Shown piece after piece: positions 1 to 11,910 of a DNA stretch of 64,000 nt (position 1 is the stretch's first letter; each line of letters opens with the position of its first letter). Source of the DNA: Lingula anatina (taxonomy: Eukaryota > Animalia > Brachiopoda); contig CM120648.1 of assembly GCA_051362555.1 (NCBI GenBank), forward strand, positions 7,064,587-7,128,586, written 5' to 3'. A model generated the notes under the pieces. That model did no database searches, had not been told where the DNA came from, and saw only the letters and a list, made by a program, of their open reading frames with translations. The position numbers and the translations under genes were made by a program.

Positions 1-972
1 TGGTTCTGTAAGTTATCTGCTATTAAAAGTGCTCTGTGTGAACCGGCAACCTCACCGTGCAACCTAAAATTGTTCCTAAGGTGCCCCCTGTCAAATGATA
101 GTCAAGTCGTTCCGAAATTATCCCTTTATTTGATCTGATTCAGTGGTACCCACTCCAAATACTGACGCTGTCAATGATCCTTGTCACTTTTGACCCGGCA
201 CATGCTTCGTCGTAGGCCTCTGCTGGGTGTCTGTAAACTCTGTTTTGACTAATTGGGCGGTGCAAGTTAAATTTGACCTCAATAAAGAAAGCCACGCGGT
301 TTCAGTGTTCTACCCAGAAACGGTCATGGCCCCCAATTAATTATAGAAACAGACGACGATGTTTTGCTGTTTGCAGTGGGTGCCTCGGAGGTCGTTTGGT
401 ATTCTAACCTGCTAAAACCAGTTTGGTGGTCGCTAAAGGCTTTGAAAAATGCGTTTTGGTGGCAATTTACCCTTCGTTCTGAACGGACTAGGTGTTTTTT
501 GTTTACCGGTAGTTGCAGCAGCGTATTCCGACAGACAGTGGGTCCTGTACCCTGTAGGTAATATTTCGATACATTGGGGGTGACCTCTGTGTAGGTACGT
601 ACATCAGTCTGGGCATTACTCTATAAAACTGTGGGTACCGTTCCGTTTGGCGCTATAATCTGTCTGGTAATGTCTGTCTTTTTCGCGCCATTCTGCCACA
701 GATTAACAAATTTGTAATGCACTACTTAGCTCATTTAACGCACTGCAAAACTGACCGCTTGCATGCAAAATTTCAAATTCTTCTATCCAGTAGTTGCCGA
801 CAAATGGATACTTTTTTGACAGAACCAAGCTTTGGCCAGCCCAAAGGAGCACTACCCAATAAAACCACTGCATATTACATAATGTAGCAGCGCAACAGAC
901 ATGAAAGTCAGTACATTGGTAGCGACACACCTGACTACACACTTCTCCATTCACAAATCTTCTATGAGATCG

Positions 973-1011
<39 letters not shown>

Positions 1012-1117
1012 ACGAATTTTTACCTAGGCATAACTTCGAAACTGAAATATTCCATATTAAATGCCAAGTCTGTAGATAACGTGTATTCAAATATATTGTT
1101 ATAAAGCACTTCAACAT

Positions 1118-2530
1118 CTAAATAAAATTGTTCTCTACAGTTTGGGAGGAACTATCTCCACGTCGAAAACAATAATTATTGGCGATTTCGTGAACTAAAG
1201 AGCCAAGACGCTTCCGAAACACACGGGACCTCAGTGTATATATGTAAGGATTAGCACATGTATTAATAAAAGCAAGTGCGCCTGCAATTATACTTGCAAT
1301 ATACTGGTTTTTACTAAGATTTGACGCTTGTAATTCGAATACCATATTAATGATTAGAAAAGGCAAAATGCTAATTAGAAATGTGGCTAATACAATTAAA
1401 CTAGACATAATAACTTGATGGTCTTTCTGTATGAGTTTGACATAATGCATGTCCGAACCTGTGCGCACCTCCATAGCGTCGGTCGTTTCTTCTACAAGTA
1501 TATCTATGGCGTCAAGAGCAGGGTTCTCGTTGGATCTTGTCCGTCGAATTTGGACACTCGCGGAATTTCCTCTTTGGGAGAATTGCACTACGTTTGCTTG
1601 CTGCGAGGTGGAGGAGGATGAAACTTCTGGCAGTCGCTGATCGTCCTCATCCAAAACATCTTCTATACTGGACTGCGCCTTTCCTGAATATTTTTCTATA
1701 CGATCGCAAGCATTACGCCTTTTTTGATCCTGTCGTGAGGCACGCCCTAATTGAGTAAACGTTGGAGAAGATGATTCTCTTGTGTTGTCGCCAACTTCCG
1801 CCAGAAACATGTCAGCGACATTCCTGGATACTGTATGGACGGTATGACCAGTGTAATAAGGTTTAATCATTATGCGTTGCTTTAAAATTTTCTTCACTAC
1901 CGACAGATAAGATACGATTGTTACTATAACGCAAGTTATCCCTAAAGTATAAGTAATAACGAATAAAACCCCGAGTGGCCGATCTTCGCCCTTGTGACAT
2001 TGCAGGGGGAGAACAAATGCTTTGTTAGTCGCGGAAACAAGGGCAAAGTATACTGTGCCGATAATCCAATGTACAGTCACACATGTCTTAAAAAAACATG
2101 TATGCTTATTTTCGGTCAGAGTAGGTTTGTGAAATTTTGCCGCTCGCAAGATACTAATACTCGTCAAAATAACAATATTCATAAATGGCCCCACGGCCAA
2201 AATGCGTCCTAGAAAGCAGACGATAGAAAGCGTCGATTCATCCCATGACCAAACAATCAAAATGAATGCCGGACACCCGAAGATGGACATGAACAGGTCG
2301 ACCAGTGCTAGGTTAATGTGGAATGAATTCCACCATGTTTTTAGAGACGGTGTGCTTCTTGTAATGATAATTACGCAAATGTTACCGAACGTTCCAACGA
2401 TTGCCAAGATGGCGGTCAACACGGTCACGGTGATGTTGGCCCATCTGGTATCATCAAAAAACCCTGGCTGATTCCACAAGGCAGTGATGTTTCCTGTTTC
2501 GTTGTATTCGCTGGACGAATTGGTCGGCAT
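1118..2530 (-). CDS. Intronless orphan rhodopsin-like (class A) GPCR, ~470 aa from the first ATG at 2530
   Basis: Seven hydrophobic segments; N-terminal NxS/T sequons; TM1 GN, TM2 LALVD, TM6 FLISILP, TM7 NPYIY and helix-8 FRKRL; long third intracellular loop; DRY replaced by LRA. Confidence 0.9.
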   Translation of the reverse strand: MPTNSSSEYNETGNITALWNQPGFFDDTRWANITVTVLTAILAIVGTFGNICVIIITRSTPSLKTWWNSFHINLALVDLFMSIFGCPAFILIVWSWDESTLSIVCFLGRILAVGPFMNIVILTSISILRAAKFHKPTLTENKHTCFFKTCVTVHWIIGTVYFALVSATNKAFVLPLQCHKGEDRPLGVLFVITYTLGITCVIVTIVSYLSVVKKILKQRIMIKPYYTGHTVHTVSRNVADMFLAEVGDNTRESSSPTFTQLGRASRQDQKRRNACDRIEKYSGKAQSSIEDVLDEDDQRLPEVSSSSTSQQANVVQFSQRGNSASVQIRRTRSNENPALDAIDILVEETTDAMEVRTGSDMHYVKLIQKDHQVIMSSLIVLATFLISILPFLIINMVFELQASNLSKNQYIASIIAGALAFINTCANPYIYTLRSRVFRKRLGSLVHEIANNYCFRRGDSSSQTVENNFI

Positions 2531-3436
2531 CGTTGCGTAGCGATATTTTCCCTGTTCATAGGAATGTAAATAAATACTTGTGTTGTCTTTGGAAGAGAGA
2601 ATCGAAGTCACCCTAGACCATTCGATTTGATCCCTCAAAATTGGGTGTACTCTTTACCAGACGATTTCGTCGCGTCAGTATTTCAAAGTGATGATCAATA
2701 ATAAGTAAAACATGTGTTTAGCAAGAGTTTAACTACGGATCTGCTTGTCAGACACACCTGTGCATGCTTCATTATCGATTTTGTTTCGTGATTTCAGGGT
2801 GCAAATTACCCTACGCTTTTGTAATTCTATTTCTTCCTGTAACTAAATAACATTGCAAGCTAATTCAGTACAGGGTATCCAACTACAACATATTCATAAT
2901 TTACCATGCTCATAAAAAAGGCTTCTTTTATGACATATTAGACTTTTTTTGTTCCCCAAGGGAACACCTAGTATTACGAAACATTACAGTAAGGTTTAGT
3001 TACAAGATGTTCTAACTAGCGTGGCGTGGTAGGAATTGATAACCATTTACTGAAACATCTAGGCACAAGCTAGGGTCTACATTTGTATAGCGCTGTCATT
3101 CTAGTCTGAGTAAGCCAATGTTAAAACTTTAGTCCCTGAAAACGGCCGATTAGGCATTTTCTAACTCTAGCCTCAGATTTGTGAGCACAAATTTAATGCC
3201 CTTATTAACGACTCCATTTTAAATTCAATTTTAAACTCAATTCACCTTTATACATTCAATCGAAGGTCGAATCCAAGTGAAGAGAGGGATAGACAAATAT
3301 GATTCATGAGTACGAAAAAAAATGCTTATTTCCCCGGGAAACCCATTTTGGTGGATCTCATGGAGTTGCACTTAAAGCTTTAAATAACACTTTATTTTTC
3401 TGCATTGCAATTCGTGAGGTAGCTACACTGTACACA

Positions 3437-3655
3437 CACTGAACAATAGAAGTGTCACCCCCTGAATCAGAGTAATCAAAGTTATAATGCCTGGTTTACT
3501 TATAATGTGACTAATGAGTATAAAACCGCTGTACCATAGAATTGTATTGTTGGTCTTTTTGTGAAATTTGATGTAAATAAAATGATACCAGAAGCATATC
3601 ATTCCACAATCATCTATCTCCCCCAAAGTATTGGTTCAGTAGGGGTGACACTTCT
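3437..3655. mobile_element. Degenerate non-autonomous TIR element remnant (possibly Tc1/mariner-like)
   Basis: Inverted match AGAAGTGTCACCCC-CTGAATCA versus TGGTTCAG-TAGGGGTGACACTTCT about 200 bp apart; right terminus decayed. Confidence 0.4.
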
Positions 3656-4753
3656 GTGTATTCTTATTTGTTTCCCAATGTTTATGCATTACAGTCTAAG
3701 TAGTCTCTTTTAGAGCTAAACCCCTGTCACTAATCTTTCTGTATTTGCATGATACATCTGCTTTTTCTTGCCCTGTAAGTCCTTAATTATACATAACACG
3801 ACCAAGACATATCAAATGTCCAGAAATTGTGGACAAATATGAAAAGAGAATGTATATGTTTTGAAGTGACAGAATTCTAGCTAGTACGATTTTTCTTGAA
3901 GAAAAGGCCGGTGTATGCTGTGAAGTTAGATGGTTATGATTTCAGCAGTCGCAAATTAACAGGAATAAACTAAGTAATTTCAATTGAATAAAAGTGCGGG
4001 TATAATATTTTTATGAGTCACCTCGTGCTTATTTCTCTGTATTTGGCAAGAGTGAAAAACGCGAACGACCTACGAGGTTGCAATTGTAACTGATCGGTTT
4101 ATTTCACAAACAACGTTGTTAACAAGAATGAACTTCCCAAATATGACGTAATTGAAATAACAATTTCAGATTTTTGGTTTTAGAATACATAAATACTAGT
4201 TTTTGATAAATATATATAAGTAGAATGAGATATTTTAAAAATGTGCTAAAGAGGGGAAATAGGTAAACGCGTTATCAAGTACGGAGAGAAACGAGTGAGG
4301 GTATTACATGTAATACCTGGGTTCATATTGCTGTAGCTAGGCTTGTATTTGTATGAAAAGCTTAAAATTGATTTCCTTGTTGTTGTTAATATCCATGACT
4401 TTACGTCCAGAAGCTTTCTTTGAGTTATGATAACCTAGCTGTAAGCGGTCTTTTTCTTTCTGACTTTTTATCGATATTATATATTATATTCCTCTAATAA
4501 ATCAACCTAGCTATTAGAATCCAGTAATTTACAGAGAAAATATACAAAATGAGTAAAGAAAACTATCAAGTAATTTAATTTTCTTTCCTCTGCATTTATC
4601 AGGAATATTAAGATTGCAATTTTTCGCAATAAACTGTATACTCTTTACATAAAGTTCAAATTCCTCAGAATATATCGTAATATATAGGCCTATCACTTGA
4701 TATACGATTGAATCCTTTAACCACTTTGCTCTGTTCAATAAAGGTGCATTTCA

Positions 4754-5023
4754 CAGGGGCGTATCCAGGATTAATTTTATTTGAAGGGGGTCCGCGGATG
4801 CGAATCTCCCCCCTCCCCCCTTCGCGTTGGGTTTGGGGCCCGCCAAAGGTCCGAAAGTTTTTTTTTTTTTTTTTGGTATTTAAGAGGGCTTTTTGGTACG
4901 ATTAAGAACTATGACTCAGCTAGTCAAAATTCTAATTTCAAGAAGGGACCATTGGCGTGATTTTTTCAGAAATCGAAAGGGGGGTCAGGACCCCCCCCCC
5001 CCCCCTCACTAAATCCGCCACTG
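4754..5023. mobile_element. MITE with CAGGGGCG/CAGTGGCG termini
   Basis: Left CAGGGGCGTATCCAGG, right TAAATCCGCCACTG; GC-rich island with G/C runs; termini related to the element at 15670-15829; no clear TSD. Confidence 0.65.
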
Positions 5024-5235
5024 AATCGGAGTCTCCAACACTGGTCTCTCAGTTTCAGATTTTTTTTAAGCACATGTCAAAATACTAATAAAAATTAATT
5101 TCGCCGAATGTGGAATTGCAATTTTAAAGACACTGGGATTAGTAATTAGAGCACAGGTTTCCATAGGAAGGAGTAAACAGGCGTTTAACTTTCTGGCCTG
5201 CAGTGACATCTAGCATTTGTTCTGAGATGACATAT

Positions 5236-5247
5236 TCCGCCATCTTT
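5236..5247 (+). promoter_or_regulatory. YY1-type motif (CCGCCATCTT) at the probable promoter of the TASOR-like gene
   Basis: Matches the YY1 consensus CCGCCATNTT; a similar CGCCATTTT lies near 5474; upstream of the ATG-bearing exon. Confidence 0.4.
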
Positions 5248-5852
5248 TGACCTGCCATGATATGGCTCCAGGCTCTATGCACGTTGGAGCAAGGTTCGGC
5301 AAGAGGAGAAAGGGGAGACGACTTAGCGTCTAGGTGATCAGTACTGTCTTGTTGCTTGTTTCATAATTGAATTTTGGAAATATAGTTTTAAATAACTTAA
5401 CCAAAATGCAGCTGTATTAACTATATGGAGTGCATTTGCATGGTAAAAGGAGCACTGCGTTGCTTTCTTGACTCGCCATTTTTTCCTAGTCAAAATGGAT
5501 GTCGCCTTGACTCGAGTCTCTAGAATTACCCCTGCTCGAGTAGTGAGATTTCGTAATTTAATAAAAAAAAATCCCTATATTTCACAACCAGTGTAAATAA
5601 AGGGGGCGTTGATACTTTTGATACTTCACATTTTGCAGTGATGTTTATTATTATTCAAATTTCAATCGAGCCTTTCAATCTGCAATGATGAATACAAACA
5701 CGTAAGAAGCACTGCCAGATTCTGCGTTTCACTCTTCTGTCTACTCTTACAGGAAGGTTTGTTACAGACCCCTGTTGATTTATGAAGAAAAAAGGACACG
5801 TGTGATTACAGCTTGTCAATCCATCTACGTCAGCAACGACACTTTGTCCACC

Positions 5853-8722
5853 ATGTCAGGTAAGTACTTCGCAGAGATTTAGAAACTGAAACTAAAAATA
5901 ACTGTAATTACTTTTTAATCATAAAGGAGGAATTTACTCAACATTCATATACGTAATAGTAATTAAGTTACCATTGAAATCTAAGCCCACATTATTCCAC
6001 TTTACTTATGTTAGAAAATTGTTTTGTGACCCAAATACAAGTTTTCATTGCCATACCTGTTCATGATGTATTGGCATATACTGTATTAGGGATGTGTTTA
6101 TTTGTCACACTTTTCACTTTAAAATAGTGCCTGAAAACAAAAAGAAATTTAAATCAGAAAAGCATGCCGTTGGCAATACTGGTTTTTAGTATACATGTGC
6201 ATTTAATTAATTCTAGTACTACAAACAGAATAAATTTTGTTTTCAAAGCAATATTGATATAAGGTCTTAAAAGCAATTGAGGTTCCAAAAGATATGTCGG
6301 ATTCATGCCCACAATGGTCTTTTAATTTTTTTTTTTTTTAATTTTCTTTTCTTTTTACTGTGAGCAAGGAATAATGACAAATCTTGAAAAACGTACTTAA
6401 AGAATACTATTTGAAAATTGCCAGAAAGTACTACCGTAAACATTAGTTGGTATTATAAACTACATTGTTTCGTCTTTTTTGTTTACAGATCATGACTTAA
6501 TCTGTATGCGGAATGTACAGGCAGCGATAGCACAAGGTTTTATGCTGCTGTACGAGTCGCTATGGCAACCTCCCCTTAAGGTGCTGGAGCATACATTGAG
6601 AAACTGGGGCAAAATTACTGTGGCATTTATTTCTCACGTCTATCCCTCCTGTCTCTTTCTACTATCAAGATATAGACTACGAAGCCTTTTATTTATTTAT
6701 TAAATTAATTATTTATATTTTATTTATTTGACACTGGAAGAGGAAAACGGTGTGGATGTTAGTTTTGAAATGAATGGTTTGTAGAAAAATTTTCAAGAAT
6801 CATATTGGATTATAAAAGCAGAGTTAGAGGTACAAGGCACTATTGACAATGACAATATATATTTTTAGAGAAAATTTACAAAAGGCTTTGTAGTCCATGA
6901 CAGCTCTTCTCTGTTTCCTTTTTGGTGGATGTGTTACACGCACAGTGTGGAAATACAGTTTTCCCCTTTTATTGCTTTTCTGTCTTAATTCTATGTCTTA
7001 TTACACTGATTTTCCTCTTTCTTTGGGTCCAATTTCCATTCCTGGACCACTACGTAGAACTTAAATGCATCTTTTGTTTTTATCATTTTCACAGTATTTT
7101 TCATTTCTCCCTCTGTAGCGCTCCTTTATGCTTCTCTTCAGTTGAATGAAGATTTTTTTCCTTTTTACTACATCTGCTGTTTTATTTTATGCATTTTGTC
7201 TTACAGCATGTATTTTAGTAGTAATTTTCTTCTTGTTTTTGTCATCTCCATCTTGTCTGTCCTGTTTTGTTACCACATTCACTTTTTAAAGTCTTTTCTT
7301 GTGCTATGTTACTTTTTCTTGATTCTACAATACGTTGAAAAAGTTGGTTTTCATTTTGAATTTTTTTCTCTCTCTGTCTATCTTTTTTATTATTTTGCTA
7401 CTCTTTGCCATCTTTTTCAGACCATGAAACACCCAAAAACGATGCCACCTCTACCTCTATCTCTGTCCTCAGCCCAGACACACATTTTATTAAGTGATTA
7501 AAAAATAACAACAATCATGATTTTTATTTTTGCTTAGATGTCACGCTGACTGTCCTGGAGAAGGATGACACAAGGAGACAGGAGTTGGAGAAAGTTGTGG
7601 GAGAGGCCTGTCTTGGCAAGGACTACAAGTGCCCTCTGAAGGTGGGGAAAGTGGAACTGGTGGAGAATGAAGCGTTACAGCAGGAGTTTTTGGGTAATGG
7701 TTGAAGTCAGGATTTTCTTAGATATGTACTTGATATGTGGTGTTGAAATATTTATGAGAGTATTTAGACTTACTAAGACTAATTTTGCAGGATAGATATT
7801 AATTTGATGTGAAGCTTAGCACTTATGACAGAATTGAAACTAGTCAGGCTGGCTGCTTTGAAGTTAAATTTGCCTGCATTGGGAGATGAACTTGACAGGA
7901 GGCTTTATAGAATGTGAGAACATTTTAACTGGTCAAGTGTCATACTTAAAAATGTTGTCAAGTACGTTTGGCATTCTGAGCAGTTAGATAGCATGCAACA
8001 GACTTGCAGTGAAGATGGTGCAGTATATATAGTTGAGTAAAATTGGCTGATTGACCTCAGTGGATTAAGTGTATCTTCAAATGTATATACAAGACAGACA
8101 GGCCATTAATCATTTATATTGATGATTAAAAAATGATGACTTATCTGAAAGACTCATGGTTATATTAAGTACTAGTAAAATGTAAGCTGTATGTCATGTA
8201 CAGTTTTGAGTGATTTGACCTGCTGATTTCTAGCCCTTAAATTAGCTGTGGTGCATCAATAGTCCAATCAATATAATATCCCTTTAGTGCAGCACCCCTT
8301 TACAACATCAATATCTTATTCAGTTCCAGTCTAATTTACAAATAAATGATTTCATTTCAGAAAAAAGAGAATGAAAAGTTTTTTTTCATTTTGAATAAAT
8401 GATTTCAAAATAAATGATTTCATTTCAGAAAAAAAAAAAGATAAATGCTTTCATTTCAGAAAAAAAGAATGAATTTGTTGTGGCAGGCCGCCAGCCAGAA
8501 GAGTATGAAGAGCGCTATGGTTTTCTTGGGGGCCTGGGGCGCAGTGCAGTCCGCAAGCTGTGCAAGACAGGCCTACTGGCAGAGCACTCCCTCTATAACA
8601 CCCTGGGGTACAATTCCCAGGGGGTCTACCTCTGTCAATATGCTGATATCTGTACAAGGTGGGCCCTGGAGAAAGCAGCTCCTGGGGATAAGACGTTGAG
8701 GCTTCTGGTTTGTAAGGTGAAG

Positions 8723-8770
<48 letters not shown>

Positions 8771-10935
8771 TGCAAACATATATATGAGAGAGAAAGAGAG
8801 AGGGGAGAGAGAGAGAGATTGTTCTCTTAAATTATTTTCTTTACTGTGGTGTGATAAAACAGTGCATAATGACACTATTCCATGCTGAAATATGTCTAAA
8901 TCTCTTAATTTATGTAGTCAATATCGAGAATATAAAAAAGATCATGTTCTTAGTGCCAGACAGAGTTGCAATGCAGGCAAATGTAAACAGCGGATATTTT
9001 TGTGTGAATTATTTCAGTACATGCACGGGCGTCTGACCAAGACGGGTCCCAAGGCTCAGGGCGCCAACGAGTACAGCCCTGCCAGCCCAGACTTTGACAG
9101 CCATTTCTCCCTGTTTGACCCCGATCCCACGCAGCAGTTGAGAGGAACGTTTGACAACTCTCAGGTAGGTTTAGTACCAGAGGAGAACACAACTTTGTAC
9201 TCTGTAAGCTTGGAGTATCACTGGGAAAAAAAGCAAATTTCACGTAATATTGATTGATCATTGTCAATGATTTTTTCCCTAATGAATCGTAATGATAAGG
9301 CAGAGTGGTAGACACTGACATCTGGGCTGCCCAGAATCTCCTTTGTTGCTTCATTCTATTAAAAAAATTGTGTTCTGCACTCAATTTTGTAATGATAGGT
9401 TATTCCAACTCCAAAACCAGTACAAACATCTGCCCTCCCAAGTAAAGGTTATATAATAATAGTAATATATTATAACACCCATACCCTCACTTCCTACTGA
9501 TGAAGGTGACATTTGAGATGTTGGAATACTGGATTGGTAATAGCTCTGATTTTTAGGTGTTGTTGGAAGAACCAATCATAAATTATACTATTAATAGATG
9601 TCATTTTATACCATTTTAATGTCAACATATTTCCAGGTGTACCTGTTTGAGTTTCAACCTGGAGGTGGCAGAACCACAGTGAAAAGGCCGCGCCATTGTT
9701 GTCCATATGCCATCATCACATACACAGAGTCTGGTGAAATCGAAGATGAGGCTGCAGAAGAAGAGAATACAGAAGAGAGCGTTGCCAAAACAGAAGGCAC
9801 TGCTGCTGAGGGCGTCGGACTCCTACCCACTCCCAATTGTCCTGTGATATCCCAGAATCCTGTGGACGAGCTGCAGCCCAATCAGGGGTTGCTAGGAGAC
9901 AGGCCAGAGGGTGTTCCTGGTGGCGTTTCTCCTTTGATGGGCTCGCTCCCTGTTTTAGATGGACCCAGGGGTCTCCTTGGTGACCATCCTTCAATCAAAA
10001 TGGTGATGCCATCCAAGAACAAAGGGCAAGATTCTGAGAATGGTAGCAGTTCTGATAAAACTGAGGGACTTCTAGGTAAAAGGCCATTACTTCCTGGTGT
10101 GCCTCCAACCAACATCCCTGCGCTGATGAGTCAAGGGTTGCTAGGCAACAGTCGCAGCAGCGACAACAAGGGGTCGTTGCTTGGTGACCCAGACCCCAAT
10201 GTGTTAATGCAGGCCAACCCCTATCTCCAGAAGATCCTGGATCAGCTCCACAACAAGGGAGAGGATGGCCAGGACCTGGAGGAAGGGGAAGGGACGGGTG
10301 AGGAACAGGACCAAGTGGAGAGGTACAGGCGCCAGGTGGAGGAGTATAGGTGGCACCAGGAAGAGTATCAGCGCCAGTACCACCAGTGGCAGTGGCAACA
10401 GTATGAACAGTACGGCAGTTATGATAGCAGCGGGTGGGGAGGCAACGGACAGGGCTGGGGGAGTGGCGACAGCAACGGTGGCAGTGGGAAGGAGGGCAAG
10501 GAAAAAGGGAAAGAAAAGGACAGCAGTCTCACTTCTGGATTTTCATGGGACTTTTCGGCAGTTGATAGCATGTTGGCAGGCATGAGAGAGAGAACACTAG
10601 GCTACAGCTCATTAGGAGGTGGCAGCAGAACTGGTGATAGCAATAATTCATCTAATACAGACTCAGCAGGTGGCTCCACTGGCTACAATAACAATTCCAG
10701 TGGCAGTAACTACTACAGTGACTATTATAACTATTACAATGGTGGTAACTATGGTTACGGTGGCTATGGCAACTATGGGGATCAGTACCATTCTAGTGGT
10801 TACTATGACAGTTACTATGGTGACATGTCAGGGTACATGGGAGGGTATGGAGGGGGTAATGATGCCTATGGGTATGGAGATTACGCAGAGGAGAATGGGA
10901 GTGCAGCAAAAAAGAAAAAATTAGACAATGAATAG
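5853..10935 (+). CDS. TASOR/TEX15-like DUF3715 (pseudo-PARP) protein, ~621 aa; coding exons 5853-5859, 7538-7693, 8460-8716, 9018-9164, 9637-10935
   Basis: Phase-consistent GT-AG exons give VELVENEALQQEFLEKKNEF...GRQPEEYEERYGFL...LG...GVYLCQYAD...PDFDSH...SQVYLFEF...RPRHCCPYAIITY, which parallels TASOR (LVHNELLEKEFTEKRREL...ESYAFL...GVYLSRYAD...RPRHVCPYAVVSF). Low-complexity tail ends in a KKKK NLS-like motif. Confidence 0.85.
8726..8818. repeat. (AT)n and (AG)n microsatellites
   Basis: Directly visible in the intron after the 8716 donor. Confidence 0.9.
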
Positions 10936-11910
10936 AGGTCTATTCTCGGTGGTGATTGTACAAAATGCAGTAAGAACTGGCAAGTGATGTGGTTGGTGAG
11001 AGCTGATTGAAAGGTTTAAATGATAGTTATTGGAAGGATAATTGATATATATATATATGCAGAATTCTGTTTTGGAAGTAATCAGATCAGAAGCACTACT
11101 CTTATTATGATGTAGCAATGTAAATTATCAGAAAAGTAGAAAAAACTTTCTTCAGGATGAGTTAAGATGTTCAAATGGATTAAAGTCTTGGAACTTCTGA
11201 AACACCTAAACCTGTCATATTATTACTTTATCAGGGAAAGAGAGTGTTTGATAAATGTTGCTTTTTTAATGTGTGACAATACCAAATATGTCGGTAAGTT
11301 ATTGAAATTAACGTAGGGTTTACTTATTTTCATTGACGATCTTTCTCTAAATAATTAGAAGGTATGTAAATCTAGATAAAATGTTATTTTATATTCCAGA
11401 GCAACAATTTTTTTTTCTTTAAATACTAAAATATTGAGCATGCTCCATCATATTGCTTTCCATTGTCACAAATGATTATAAAACATTAGACTTGAGACTT
11501 ATGCTTATAGTGGAAATGTAAAAATATTCCTCCAGGGACTATCTCTGCCTGGCAAAAATAATACAAAAATTATAGTACCATATATTTTTTAAATAAAACA
11601 ATGGGAAGAGTTGCTCAACTCTTAGTTATCCATCTTAAATGTTGTTTGTTTTTCTGTTATGTTCATAATAAATAAAATTAAATTCTAAACAGTAAACTGG
11701 TCATTAGATTGTTTAATCATATACTCAAAACAGGTGAAGTTGTACATTATAAATGTTGGAAGTTCAATCAATTTTTAAACAACACAAGAAGATGTCAAAT
11801 ATACATTTTATTTTATACAAAAATAAACCTACACATTCCCCACAAATATTGATTCAGAATAAATATCCCCTAATTTTAGAGTCCAACAAAGTCTGCTAAT
11901 TTGCACATTT

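Noticed and set aside
1-960. Short ORFs 364-561 and 703-954 and GC-richer sequence at the window start
   Set aside because: No recognisable domain or consistent splice pattern; may be part of a repeat cut by the window edge, but I cannot support a call.
6922-7501. Hydrophobic F/L/C-rich ORFs
   Set aside because: Translation of T-rich intron sequence in the TASOR-like gene.
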